Source of the DNA: Patescibacteria group bacterium
GTDB lineage: Bacteria > Patescibacteriota > Microgenomatia > UBA1400 > UBA1449
NCBI GenBank assembly: GCA_050942955.1
Contig: JBMNOG010000002.1
Coordinates: 32,762 to 96,761 of the forward strand
Direction: 5' to 3'
Length of the DNA: 64,000 bases
The notes beneath the pieces were generated by a model. It did no database searches and was not told the DNA's origin. It saw only the letters and a program-made list of their open reading frames with translations. A program made the translations under genes and the position numbers. This document shows, piece by piece, positions 48,916 to 58,656 of the stretch. Position 1 is the first letter of the stretch, and each line of letters starts with the position of its first letter.

Positions 48916-50397
48916 ATGATAAAGGCACTAAATATATCATTTTCATACGGAGAAAAACCGATATTTACTAAAACTAGTTTCACAGTAGGTAACAATCAGA
49001 AAGTTGGCTTAGTTGGACCAAACGGTGCCGGCAAGTCAACGTTGTTTAATCTTCTTACACAGCGTGAGTTTCCGGAAGAGGGCAGCATTACTGTTGATGG
49101 CATTGTCGAACTAGTGCCTCAAGAGGTAAAACAGGATAAAGTTCTGGAACACGCCAAAACTATCAGAGATTACATTGACTGTGGACATCAAAAACAAAAG
49201 TACGAACTGCTTAAAATTCTTGAAGGTTTAGAGCTAGGAAACTTTAAACTGGAGCAAAAGCCTCTCAATCTCAGTGGGGGACAGAAAACAAAACTTGCTA
49301 TCGCCCGGGTACTGATCCTGGAGCCGGATATTCTTCTTTTAGATGAGCCGACAAATTTTATGGATACTGCCGGAAAAAGATGGGTTATGGATTTTTTAAG
49401 TCGGTATCCCAAGACTGTTTTGCTTGTATCCCACGACTTACCCCTTATCAACAACTCTATTGATAAGGTACTTGCTATTAATATCCAGTACCAAACAATC
49501 GAAGAGTACAACGGGAACTACCAAACCTTCCAGAAGTTGAAGAAACAGCGGGATGAGCTTCTGCGCAGGCAAATTCAAAACGAACAAAAACATATTGCCC
49601 GGATGAAGGAGAGTCTCGTAAAAATGGCTAGATTTACGTCAAAAAAAGGAGTCAGACAGCGTACCATGCTCAAAAAACGTATTCAAAAACTTGAAGATAC
49701 GCTGCCAGAATTACCACAGGAAGTAAAAAGGATTAAACTAAGACTCCCAGAACCGTCGCACATCGGCCAATTACCTCTCATGCTTAAACATATCAGCAAG
49801 TCTTATGGTACTAACCCAGTTTTAACTGACGTTTCTCTATCTGTTCAAAGAGGGGAGAGAATTGCTCTCATTGGTCCAAATGGGGCTGGCAAGAGTACTC
49901 TTATTAAAGTGGCGTTGGGAATCCTTGAACCTGATAGTGGCCAAATAAATCGGAATGAAAACCTTAAGATCGGTTACTACTCTCAGGAATTTGAAGCCTT
50001 TGACATGAACTTAACACTTATGCAGACAATGGAGGAAAAAGCCCATCTTTCGGAAAAGCTATCTAGAGGAGTACTGGCTAGATTTATGTTTCCAAGAGAA
50101 AAAGTAAATCAAAGAGTGGGAACCCTTTCGGGAGGCGAAAAAACGAGATTATCCATTGCCTTGCTTTTACTTAAAGTAAATAACTTACTGGTTCTTGATG
50201 AACCTACCACGTACCTTGATGTTATGTCTCAGCGTGTAATTCTTGATGCTCTAAAAGAGTACAAAGGAACAATGCTAGTTGTTTCCCACACCCGAGAATT
50301 TATCGAAGAACTTAAGCCTTCACGGGCTTTATTTCTACCTCAAAATAGAGTCGCCTTCTGGGAACCAGAGATGGCGAAGTTTGTCAGCAGAGTATAG
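48916..50397 (+). CDS. ABC-F family ATPase (two fused ABC domains, no TMD)
   Basis: Two Walker A motifs (GPNGAGKST twice), two signatures (LSGGQKTKLAIARVL, LSGGEKTRLSIALLL), and an inter-domain linker. Confidence 0.85.
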   Translation: MIKALNISFSYGEKPIFTKTSFTVGNNQKVGLVGPNGAGKSTLFNLLTQREFPEEGSITVDGIVELVPQEVKQDKVLEHAKTIRDYIDCGHQKQKYELLKILEGLELGNFKLEQKPLNLSGGQKTKLAIARVLILEPDILLLDEPTNFMDTAGKRWVMDFLSRYPKTVLLVSHDLPLINNSIDKVLAINIQYQTIEEYNGNYQTFQKLKKQRDELLRRQIQNEQKHIARMKESLVKMARFTSKKGVRQRTMLKKRIQKLEDTLPELPQEVKRIKLRLPEPSHIGQLPLMLKHISKSYGTNPVLTDVSLSVQRGERIALIGPNGAGKSTLIKVALGILEPDSGQINRNENLKIGYYSQEFEAFDMNLTLMQTMEEKAHLSEKLSRGVLARFMFPREKVNQRVGTLSGGEKTRLSIALLLLKVNNLLVLDEPTTYLDVMSQRVILDALKEYKGTMLVVSHTREFIEELKPSRALFLPQNRVAFWEPEMAKFVSRV

Positions 50398-50564
50398 AAA
50401 GTCCGCTATTATAACCCTTTCCAAGCAACTAACTGGTAGTATATACTGCAACTGCATGTACCGCCTACAGAATAAGGTAATTTCAGTATTTCTTTCTTTA
50501 TACCTATCTTTTCTCCTTGAAGATGAGATTTTTCTTTTTAATAACAAGTACCTAAGGAGATCTC

Positions 50565-52016
50565 ATGAATAATTTCCTCAAGACATATTATGAAGTATAC
50601 AAGAAGGGAAATCTGTTCAATGCTAGTAAGCGACTAGTAAAAAATCCTTTTAAAGAAAAAGGTAGGAGAAGTAACTCTGTTGCTATTGCAGGCGGTGCCT
50701 TAGGAGACGAAGGTAAGGGCAGGATTACTGATGAGTTGACAGCAAGCTTCTTAAAGAAGTTTAATGAAGTTGTTCACTATAGAGATAATGGTGGTGCTAA
50801 TGCCGGCCACACTGTAGAAATTGGTGATGTAAGGATTGCCTTGCATCAACTTGGAGCCGGCGTTTTACAAAAAGGGTGCGTCGTTATTTTAGGCAGAGAA
50901 ATGGTTCTTCACCCTGAAGATTTGGTAACAGAAATTGAAGATGTAAAGAAAGCTCTTAATACTTCTAAGCTACCTTCAAGACTGCTTATTGATGAAATGG
51001 CATGCTTATCTTTAGATACTCATCGGGCATTTGAAGTAGCACTAAAGCAAAAATCTACCGGTAGCAAAGGGGCAACAGGTAGAGGAATTTCACCTGCATA
51101 TGCTGATGTAATTTTTAGACATGCGTTGCGAATGAGAGACTTAGTAGCTCAGGACTGGAAAAAAAGAGTTACTGCACATTACGAACTGTATCAAAGCTGG
51201 ATTGCCGGAATGGGGCTTACACTTTCAGACATTGAAGTGGCAAGACTTAGTGGTTCGCCAGTTAAGGTCGGTTCCGGCAAAGATATGCTTAAGAGACTGA
51301 CCAAGGCCCGAAAGATTTTAAAGCCGTTTGTAACTTCGGCACACAGTATTTTAGAAAACTACTGGAGAAGCAACACTCCAATGGTTTTTGAAAAAGCCCA
51401 AGCATTGGGACTGGATACTCGCTGGGGAATCTATCCGGATATTACTGCCTCAAACTGTGGTTTTGACGGAATCTTGTCTTCGACAGAAGGCATAGTTAAT
51501 CCTGATGAAATTGCAGTCAAAGCTGCAACTATAAAAGCAACGTATTCTTCAAGTGTCGGCAGCAGGGTTTTACCAACATTAATTAAAACAACATTAGCTG
51601 AAAGAATCCGAGAAGATGCTCATGAGTACGGAGCAACTACCAAAAGACCTAGGGATATCGCTTACATTGACCTGCCAATGTTGTCCTACTTATTTAAGGT
51701 AGGAAAAGTCGAATACCTCACCGTAACTCACCTTGATATCAGTTATAAAGATACGCCAATTAAAGTTTGCGTTGACTATACTCTCAATGGGAAAAGTGTA
51801 GGCTACCGGCCGGACCAGGAGTATTTAAACAAAGTAAAGCCGGTGTATGTTAAGCTCCCACCCTGGGACGGAACAAAACTGGCAAGCGTAAAAAACCTTA
51901 AAGACTTGCCTTACGAGGCTCTGAAGTATCTGACATTTATAAGTAAATGCCTTAACACTAAACTTTTCATGGTAACTGTAGGACCAAAAAGAGATCAGAC
52001 AATTAAGTGTTTCTAA
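50565..52016 (+). CDS. purA: Adenylosuccinate synthetase homolog: divergent, with a ~35-aa N-terminal extension and insertions
   Basis: GGALGDEGKGRITD (P-loop with the catalytic Asp), GGANAGHTV, ATGRGISPAY, GATTKRPRDIAYIDL. This is collinear with E. coli PurA, except that W is replaced by L in QWGDEGKGK and the Arg cluster is GATTKRPRD rather than GATTGRRRR. Confidence 0.75.
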   Translation: MNNFLKTYYEVYKKGNLFNASKRLVKNPFKEKGRRSNSVAIAGGALGDEGKGRITDELTASFLKKFNEVVHYRDNGGANAGHTVEIGDVRIALHQLGAGVLQKGCVVILGREMVLHPEDLVTEIEDVKKALNTSKLPSRLLIDEMACLSLDTHRAFEVALKQKSTGSKGATGRGISPAYADVIFRHALRMRDLVAQDWKKRVTAHYELYQSWIAGMGLTLSDIEVARLSGSPVKVGSGKDMLKRLTKARKILKPFVTSAHSILENYWRSNTPMVFEKAQALGLDTRWGIYPDITASNCGFDGILSSTEGIVNPDEIAVKAATIKATYSSSVGSRVLPTLIKTTLAERIREDAHEYGATTKRPRDIAYIDLPMLSYLFKVGKVEYLTVTHLDISYKDTPIKVCVDYTLNGKSVGYRPDQEYLNKVKPVYVKLPPWDGTKLASVKNLKDLPYEALKYLTFISKCLNTKLFMVTVGPKRDQTIKCF

Positions 52017-52138
52017 AAACTGAGTAGATTTGATTGAAGTTTGTGGGAGATTACTATATTTAACAAAATTCGCCCATTTCTTCAACGTCCACTACAACTG
52101 CTCCTTTGAAAGAATAGCTTATGTTAGTTTCCAGCTTT

Positions 52139-52405
52139 TTACATAATAAAGTAAGACCCTCTCGTGTAGTAAGAAGCTTTTCTAGATATTTTTAAACCTA
52201 GACTATGGTCTTCTGTAAATACTTGAAGAAAAACACTATTGTTTTCTACTAGATTTTGCCGGGTAATCTGCATTTGATTATCAGTAATAATCAGTTTGCC
52301 GTCTTTTACATCGTTAAACTTAGCCAAAATAGTTCACGGCTTGCCACTGCTACTAGCTGTTGCTAAGACAACAATGCTTTCGGGTTTTAGAAGAGATACT
52401 GTAAG
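52139..52405 (-). pseudogene. Fragment of a PNPOx-like (general stress protein 26 family) FMN-binding split-barrel gene, interrupted by an in-frame TGA
   Basis: Minus-strand frame reads LLKPESIVVLATASSSGKP*TILAKFNDVKDGKLIITDN...ENNSVFLQVF, which matches the PNPOx N-terminal consensus (vvLATv.dGrP...f..dg.lyf.T...NprV). It covers only ~87 codons. Confidence 0.35.
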
Positions 52406-52458
52406 TTATTGTTCATTTGCTACCTACCATAGTATGTACTACTTGACTTTCTTCTATT

Positions 52459-53037
52459 TCATTTAGTTAGCACAAATCCCTTGCTTTGGCCGTAGCTCAA
52501 AAAGCCGTCAAAATCTAAAATCGTCTCTTTAATTTCAGAACCACTAAAGCCTATGCCACCAAGGTTGCACCCCGAAAGATCAGTTTTCGCCAGTTTGCAT
52601 TTCTCAAACACTACTCCTGAGAGGTCAGAACCTGCAAAACTCACATTGGTCAAATCACACAAAACAAATACAGCTCTTTCCAGGTTAGTTTTTTGAAATA
52701 CACATCCTTGTAAATTAAACTTTTTCCTCTCATATGAGCTGTCGGGTTTGAGCTGTTGAAATGTAGCGTAAGAGGCAACTGATTCGGAAAAGTCACACTC
52801 TTTAATAGTAGTATTGGAAAAATCAAGGTAACTTAATTTACTTTCAGGAAATGAGCATTTTGAAAAATTCGTATCTCTTAAAATTGCGCCACTAAAGTCA
52901 CACAACCTAAACTCGCACCTCACAAAAGAACTGAATTTCAAGATAACACCATTAAATTGGCAATTTGCAAACGAAGAATCTGTAAAGTCCTTTCCTTTTA
53001 ATTCATTTTCAGAGAAAATTTTATTTTTGAAATTCAT
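52459..53037 (-). CDS. Pentapeptide-repeat protein
   Basis: Successive A(D/N)LxX-type quintets (FANCQFNGVILKFSSFVRCEFRLCDFSGAILRDTNFSKCSF...). Confidence 0.8.
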   Translation of the reverse strand: MNFKNKIFSENELKGKDFTDSSFANCQFNGVILKFSSFVRCEFRLCDFSGAILRDTNFSKCSFPESKLSYLDFSNTTIKECDFSESVASYATFQQLKPDSSYERKKFNLQGCVFQKTNLERAVFVLCDLTNVSFAGSDLSGVVFEKCKLAKTDLSGCNLGGIGFSGSEIKETILDFDGFLSYGQSKGFVLTK

Positions 53038-53229
53038 ATAAACAGCGATACATAGATCTATTCTCACCAATCATTGCAACAGTATAACAAAAAAAGGTAA
53101 ACATTGTTTTCCAACATTAACCTACAGTTGTCAAGGTTTTTGAGGAAATATTGCTTTATTCTCGAGCATGGCACCATAAAGGAAAAAGGAAACCCCTATC
53201 ATCTCAAATCCTTCTTCAAAACCCACAAA

Positions 53230-53691
53230 TCAGATATAGATATCCTGACCATATGTTCTTCCTCCAAGTAATTCAAGTACAAACACAAGGCAAAACGAGA
53301 AAATGCCAAAAATTTTTATTTTCTGTGTAAATGTATCCTGCTGCAAAGCAATATTAACTAGCAATAGAAGGAGTACGATAATTACCAATACAGCCAGTGA
53401 AAAAATCCAGGAAACATACGCCAAGTCTCCAATTACGTTACCTTCACCAAGATACAGTTTTATCAAAGTATTTAAGTATTCATGAATTTCAAAGTACTCG
53501 TCAAACGCAAGAAATATAAAAAACAAACCGTAAACCAAAGTTGAAATGCATCTTAATTTAGTTAAGGGATTTTGAGAAATATAAAGCAGTGTAAGAAAAC
53601 CAACCAGAAAAGCAGAAGTAGAAGTAAAGAATGATGCCAAAGTGTGTTTTTCATCCATATAAAAAAATACTGGTATCCATTCCCAAAACAC
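53230..53691 (-). CDS. Integral membrane hypothetical protein (4 TM)
   Basis: Hydrophobic helices only. Confidence 0.4.
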   Translation of the reverse strand: MFWEWIPVFFYMDEKHTLASFFTSTSAFLVGFLTLLYISQNPLTKLRCISTLVYGLFFIFLAFDEYFEIHEYLNTLIKLYLGEGNVIGDLAYVSWIFSLAVLVIIVLLLLLVNIALQQDTFTQKIKIFGIFSFCLVFVLELLGGRTYGQDIYI

Positions 53692-53912
53692 GTAAAGGGT
53701 GTAAACGGAAGTGAAGTAGGATAATGACTATTGCAGTTAGAAAAAATAAACTAAAAACTTTTGAAACAGGGGAACGGAAAGAGTTCGGTTTTGAAACTAA
53801 TGTATACATGCCATTGTAAGAACATACATGTAATACTTCTAATTGAATTAAATAGTAAAATCAAACTTAAAACAATACAAGTCAGGCTTATCTAAACTGG
53901 TATGCCTTAAAG

Positions 53913-54470
53913 CTACTGCACTAACCCCACTCTCATAAAGAAACCTTGTGGTTTAAGACAAGCAGGACATACTTTAGGAGCATCTTTACTTCTATGAACG
54001 TAGCCACAGTGAAGACACTTCCACTCAACTTCTTCGTCAGCTTGATACAGTTTCTCCGTTTTTAGTAACTCAGCTAACTTCATATACCGTTTTTCATGTT
54101 CTACTTCAACCGCTGCAATTTCTTTAAACGCGATAGCGGCAGCTGTCTGATTTTCTTCCTTGGCAACAGCTTCAAACTCAGGATACATGCTTTCCCACTC
54201 ATAATGTTCACCCTCAGCCGCAGCTTTAAGGTTTTCTACTGTCGAACCAACTGCATGAATATTGTACGTGTTCGTCATTTCTACTTTACTTTGCATCAAG
54301 GCAAATTCACGCAGAGCATGGGACGTCTCATTTTCCGCTGTTTCCTCAAAGATTCGAGCAATCCACTCCCAGCCTTCTTCCCGGGCTTTTTTTGCAAATG
54401 CGATATACTTGCTTCTGGCCATAGATTCACCGGCAAATGCCTTAAGTAAATTCGATTGAGTTTTGTTCAT
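53913..54470 (-). CDS. rbr: Rubrerythrin (ferritin-like diiron domain plus C-terminal rubredoxin-like CxxC...CxxC)
   Basis: LLKAFAGESMARSKY, ENETSHALREF, EVEHEKRY, then CLHCGY...CPACLKP. Start taken at MNKTQSN. Confidence 0.85.
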   Translation of the reverse strand: MNKTQSNLLKAFAGESMARSKYIAFAKKAREEGWEWIARIFEETAENETSHALREFALMQSKVEMTNTYNIHAVGSTVENLKAAAEGEHYEWESMYPEFEAVAKEENQTAAAIAFKEIAAVEVEHEKRYMKLAELLKTEKLYQADEEVEWKCLHCGYVHRSKDAPKVCPACLKPQGFFMRVGLVQ

Positions 54471-54587
54471 ATATTTCCTTTCATAACTATAATTGGCGTG
54501 TTTATTTGTAGCATGCGCAAGTATTTCATTCAAGTTATCTCCTAGACATTTGAAAAAGTCAGGCTGTATACAGTAGAATGGGAAACT

Positions 54588-55139
54588 ATGAACCATAGTT
54601 TGCTTGATGGTATTTTTACCCGCCACAGCGTACGCCACTTTACCAGCGAACCTATTCCGGACAAAGATCTTGAGAGAATTGTTAAAGCCGGAATGGCAGC
54701 TCCTTCTGCTGTAAATCTCCAGCCTTGGTCATTTATTGTCGTTACAAAGAGGAGTGTTCTGAATATCTTAGCTCAGAAACTTCCCTATGCTAGGATGTTA
54801 GAAAAGGCTGCTGCAGCTATCATTGTCTGCGGCAAACCGGATAAAGTAAGTCCATTAAGTTTAGTTACTAAGGCAATTGCTAATGTCTCGGCTCGAGACT
54901 ACTGGGTACAGGACTGCTGTGCTGCTTCGCAAAATATTTTACTAGCTGCTCACGCAATGGGCTACGGAGCTGTTTGGACGGCAGTTTTTCCCGGAAAAGA
55001 GAGGATTAAAGCTGTCCGGGAAACTCTAAATATTCAAGAGAAGTTAATCCCCTTAAACGTCATTCCTGTCGGAGTTCCGGTGGGTGATGAAAAACCCAAA
55101 GATAAGTTTAAGAAGGAAAATATCCGCTGGATAAAGTGA
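54588..55139 (+). CDS. Nitroreductase-family (FMN) oxidoreductase
   Basis: TRHSVRHFTSEPI, AAPSAVNLQPWSFIVV. It is divergent from the rubrerythrin gene. Confidence 0.8.
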   Translation: MNHSLLDGIFTRHSVRHFTSEPIPDKDLERIVKAGMAAPSAVNLQPWSFIVVTKRSVLNILAQKLPYARMLEKAAAAIIVCGKPDKVSPLSLVTKAIANVSARDYWVQDCCAASQNILLAAHAMGYGAVWTAVFPGKERIKAVRETLNIQEKLIPLNVIPVGVPVGDEKPKDKFKKENIRWIK

Positions 55140-55179
55140 GAAAATTAGGAAAGTACAATAAGTATAGGAAATTTAAATA

Positions 55180-55953
55180 CTACCTAAGCGGTTTCCACCC
55201 CTCGTAAGCATAGTACTCACCATATTTTTCAATACAAACAAAGGGCGTATCTTCCCGCATATTCCTAGCGTGGCCAGAAGAAGCAATCCACATTGGAACT
55301 ACCTGGCGGTAGTCGCTGTGCCGAGCAATATTTTCCGTCACAATTACATAATTAGGGTAGGGTAAAGTGCTAGCATCAATCCGCTGGGAAAAACCATTAT
55401 GGTTAAAGGTAGCTGAAATCTCCTGGGCTCTAACTTTGGCAAACTCACAAGTATATGAATCCCTAGAAATTTCAGAAAGTCCCTGAGAACGGCAATACTC
55501 ATTAACTGCGTTTATTAGGTACGTTTGAATATCATCATCCTCTATAGGTTCTGAGGTAGAAGAAGGTGTTGGCGTAGGAGTAGGCAATTTAGTTGGTTCG
55601 GGAGTAACTGTAGGAGTAGGCAGTGGCAAAGCAGTTGGATCGGCTATAGGTCGGAGCGTTGGGGTAAGAGTAGGAACTGGACAGGGCGTAGAAATGGGAG
55701 TCGGTGTAGGGGTCTCAGTCGGAAGAGAAGTAGGATGAGGAACATTAGTTGGCCAAGGACGGTATTCAAAACGGGAGAAATTGGCTGACTTTGGTGTTGA
55801 CCGAGGGACTGAATATGTTCTTAGCTTTTCAACTAAGCTACGATAACTTTTAAGTAGTGCTGTGTAATCCCATGCATGTACATTTTGTGGAAATCCAATG
55901 GAAGTAAGGGTCAATAGAATCAGGGTTGGGAGAAGGGCAGTTAAACGTTTCAT
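55180..55953 (-). CDS. Secreted CAP/SCP (PR-1-like) domain protein with a Pro/Thr-rich linker
   Basis: Signal peptide LTALLPTLILLTLTSIGFPQNVHA; linker PTPTPISTPCPVPTLTPT...; CAP motifs (HNGFSQ, WIASSGHARNM, YGEYYAYEGW). Confidence 0.7.
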   Translation of the reverse strand: MKRLTALLPTLILLTLTSIGFPQNVHAWDYTALLKSYRSLVEKLRTYSVPRSTPKSANFSRFEYRPWPTNVPHPTSLPTETPTPTPISTPCPVPTLTPTLRPIADPTALPLPTPTVTPEPTKLPTPTPTPSSTSEPIEDDDIQTYLINAVNEYCRSQGLSEISRDSYTCEFAKVRAQEISATFNHNGFSQRIDASTLPYPNYVIVTENIARHSDYRQVVPMWIASSGHARNMREDTPFVCIEKYGEYYAYEGWKPLR

Positions 55954-56068
55954 AGAATCGCTAATGTAGCTTCTTCTCCTCCTTTTTGTCAAGCAGAGGA
56001 AGTTCCTGGTACTGCAGTCTTTACTGGATATTTTACCTGAAAAAACTAGTTGAAGAATTTTTAGCTGC

Positions 56069-56977
56069 TTATATCTCTATGCCAAAAACGTTTCTGACCA
56101 AAAACCCAATTAGAAATGAAAAGGCTGAAACCCCAAGGCTTATCCCCGCCATCTCTAAAAATCGCCTGCGGAACGGCAAATCCTGAGCTACGGAAATATA
56201 AAAGGTAAAGAGGAAAATAATGAGAATCGCAACAGAAAGCATGCTTCCCAGCGCCACATAGACATTAGAAAAAATAAAGTAGGGAAGTACTAAAAACAAG
56301 ACAGTAAAAATGTACATACCACCCGTATACAACGAAGCTTTAACAGGATCCTTACTTTCATCTTCTGATTTTGTAGAAAGATACTCGGAAGCACCCATGG
56401 AAAACGAGGCTGCTATCCCAGTAATAAGCCCGGTAACAGCAATAAGGTTACCTCTTTGAAAAGCAAGCGTAAGACCTGCTAGTGCCCCTGTAAGTTCGAC
56501 TAATGCATCATTAACTCCCAAAACCATAGAGCCCACATACTTGAGGTTTTCTTCATCAATCATGCCCAACAGGTTCTTTTCATGCTCTTCTTCTTCCTTT
56601 CTAATCTTTTCAGCTTCTGGAATTTTATCCTCAACTCTCTTGTACTGCTGCTGTGCTGATTCTTCATTCTGTTCTAAAAGCTTTACTCCAAATGTCAAAC
56701 CAAAAATTCTAGAAACTAAAGTATAAAAATAAGCCCTGAAACGGTTTGGCTGAACATCTTCCTCAGTGTACTTTTTCCAGACTTCTGCATGCTTTTTCTC
56801 TTCAGAAGCAATTTTTCGCAGGACTTCAGAATTTTTCTTATCCTTAATTTGTTCTGAAAGTTTCAGGTAAACTAAGTGTTCAGTAATCTCGTTCTGCTGA
56901 GCAATCCGTAACCGTCTTCTGAGGCTTCTATGGAGTTTTATGTGCTGGTGTCGTCGCCTTCTCTCTCTTCTTGGCAT
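56069..56977 (-). CDS. Ferritin-like (rubrerythrin-type) domain fused to a VIT1/CCC1-family iron/manganese transporter
   Basis: N-terminal ExxH (ASEEKKHAEVW); C-terminal VIT1 motifs (GVNDALVELTGALAGLT, FSMGASEYLSTKSE) with about five TM helices. Confidence 0.75.
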   Translation of the reverse strand: MPRRERRRRHQHIKLHRSLRRRLRIAQQNEITEHLVYLKLSEQIKDKKNSEVLRKIASEEKKHAEVWKKYTEEDVQPNRFRAYFYTLVSRIFGLTFGVKLLEQNEESAQQQYKRVEDKIPEAEKIRKEEEEHEKNLLGMIDEENLKYVGSMVLGVNDALVELTGALAGLTLAFQRGNLIAVTGLITGIAASFSMGASEYLSTKSEDESKDPVKASLYTGGMYIFTVLFLVLPYFIFSNVYVALGSMLSVAILIIFLFTFYISVAQDLPFRRRFLEMAGISLGVSAFSFLIGFLVRNVFGIEI

Positions 56978-57055
56978 ATTTTTATTCTAGCACTCTTGAA
57001 AAACAGTAAAAAGCAGATTGAGAAATAAATCCTGAGAATATCATTCTGACTAGGT

Positions 57056-58177
57056 TTAACTAAGCTTTCTGCTTATAGTATCCACAAGCTCAGTAATTCC
57101 TTGACCAGTAACTGTGGAGGTAAACTGAGGATTAAAAAGGTAGTAATTTTCCAAAGCTATATCTCGCACTCTATTTTTAGCCTTGTCTACCTTTGTAAAT
57201 ACGTAAAGCTTAGGTTTATCCTCAAGACCTAAGTCTTTTAAATTTTCCTCAACAGTAGCTATTTTTTCCTCCATGTTTGCATCAGCTATGTCAATAACAT
57301 GAAGCAGAAGATCGCAATAAATCGACTCCATTAAAGTAGATTTAAATGCATCTATAAGTTGGGGTGGTAAGTTTCTAATAAAACCAATAGTGTCGGAAAC
57401 GAGTATTTCTCTGCTAGCATTCTCAAGACAGATTTTTCCAACATTACTATCCAGGGTTGCGAACAAAGCATTCTTGACTAGTTTTCTTTTGCCAGTTAGG
57501 GTGTTAAAAAGCGAAGTTTTACCAGCATTTGTATAACCAACTAAAGAAACTGTTGGAAGCCCAATCTTTCTGCGCCTATCTACTAGTTTTTTCCGATTTT
57601 TTGTCAATTTCTCAAGTTTATCTTTAATAATCTTCATCTGTTTTTTGAGGTGCCTTTTCATTATTTCTGTATTAGTTTCTCCTATACCTCTTGTCCCTAA
57701 ACCGCCTCCCTGTCGCGAGAGTTCGTATCCCATTCCGTAGATTCTGGGCCCCATGTGTCTCATAGCGGCTAGTTCAATCTGGAGTCTTGCTTCGGCCGTG
57801 TTAGCGTGTTTGGCAAAAATTTTTAGGATAAGGTCAACTCTATCCCATACCTGAATATCCGCTTTTTGTTTTTCAAAAATAGTATATAAATCATATATTT
57901 GGGTAGGCTTTAAGATAGCGTTAAAAACGATAGCATCAATGTTTTCCTCCTTAATCAACTGAGAAACTTCTTCAATCTTACCTTTACCAATGTAGTTTCC
58001 TTTGTCGTGAACTTCACGCCGCTGAACAATGGTTTTAACAACTTCACCTTCATAAGTCTCAACCAGAGAAATCAGTTCATCCAAATCACTTTGCACCTCT
58101 TGTTTCGTTACTTTCTGAGGAATAATGCTTATCAATAAAAATCGTTTTTCATGATCAGTTTGATTCATACCACTCAT
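57056..58177 (-). CDS. hflX: GTPase HflX
   Basis: HflX N-domain plus G1 GYTNAGKTSLFNTLTG, G3 DTIGF, G4 TKVD. Confidence 0.85.
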   Translation of the reverse strand: MSGMNQTDHEKRFLLISIIPQKVTKQEVQSDLDELISLVETYEGEVVKTIVQRREVHDKGNYIGKGKIEEVSQLIKEENIDAIVFNAILKPTQIYDLYTIFEKQKADIQVWDRVDLILKIFAKHANTAEARLQIELAAMRHMGPRIYGMGYELSRQGGGLGTRGIGETNTEIMKRHLKKQMKIIKDKLEKLTKNRKKLVDRRRKIGLPTVSLVGYTNAGKTSLFNTLTGKRKLVKNALFATLDSNVGKICLENASREILVSDTIGFIRNLPPQLIDAFKSTLMESIYCDLLLHVIDIADANMEEKIATVEENLKDLGLEDKPKLYVFTKVDKAKNRVRDIALENYYLFNPQFTSTVTGQGITELVDTISRKLS

Positions 58178-58290
58178 TATACAAGGAAGATAAAGTAATA
58201 TTTTAGATGAACAAAAATTTTCGCCTTAGCATAAAGAGGTGCTACTGTCTTGATTCTTCTTTTGTATATACGTTACACTTTCCTAAACCC

Positions 58291-58656
58291 ATGCACGAAC
58301 TGCCAATTACTCAAGCTTTACTCAAAAAAGTATTGGAGGTTGCCGAAGAAAACAAGTTGATCCGGGTAACCAAAGTTAATGTTATTCTTGGCAGACTTTC
58401 TGGATTTGTTGATGATTCTATTGATTTATACTGGAATATCCTAACTGAACATACGATTGCTGCAGGCTCAAAAGTAATGATTAAGCGAACACCAAATAAA
58501 ATAAAGTGCTTGAAATGTGGTTATCAAAAGCTAACTACTCTAAGATTAGATACTTGCCCCAAATGTAGTAGTTTTAAGCTGGTAATCGTGGGGGGCGATG
58601 AACTTGTGTTAAAAAATATTGAAGGAGAAAATGACAAAAACAATCAAAGTAAATGA
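58291..58656 (+). CDS. hypA: Hydrogenase/urease nickel-insertion metallochaperone HypA
   Basis: MHELPITQALL (Ni-binding MHE), and a Zn site with two CxxC pairs (CLKCGY...CPKCSS). Confidence 0.8.
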   Translation: MHELPITQALLKKVLEVAEENKLIRVTKVNVILGRLSGFVDDSIDLYWNILTEHTIAAGSKVMIKRTPNKIKCLKCGYQKLTTLRLDTCPKCSSFKLVIVGGDELVLKNIEGENDKNNQSK

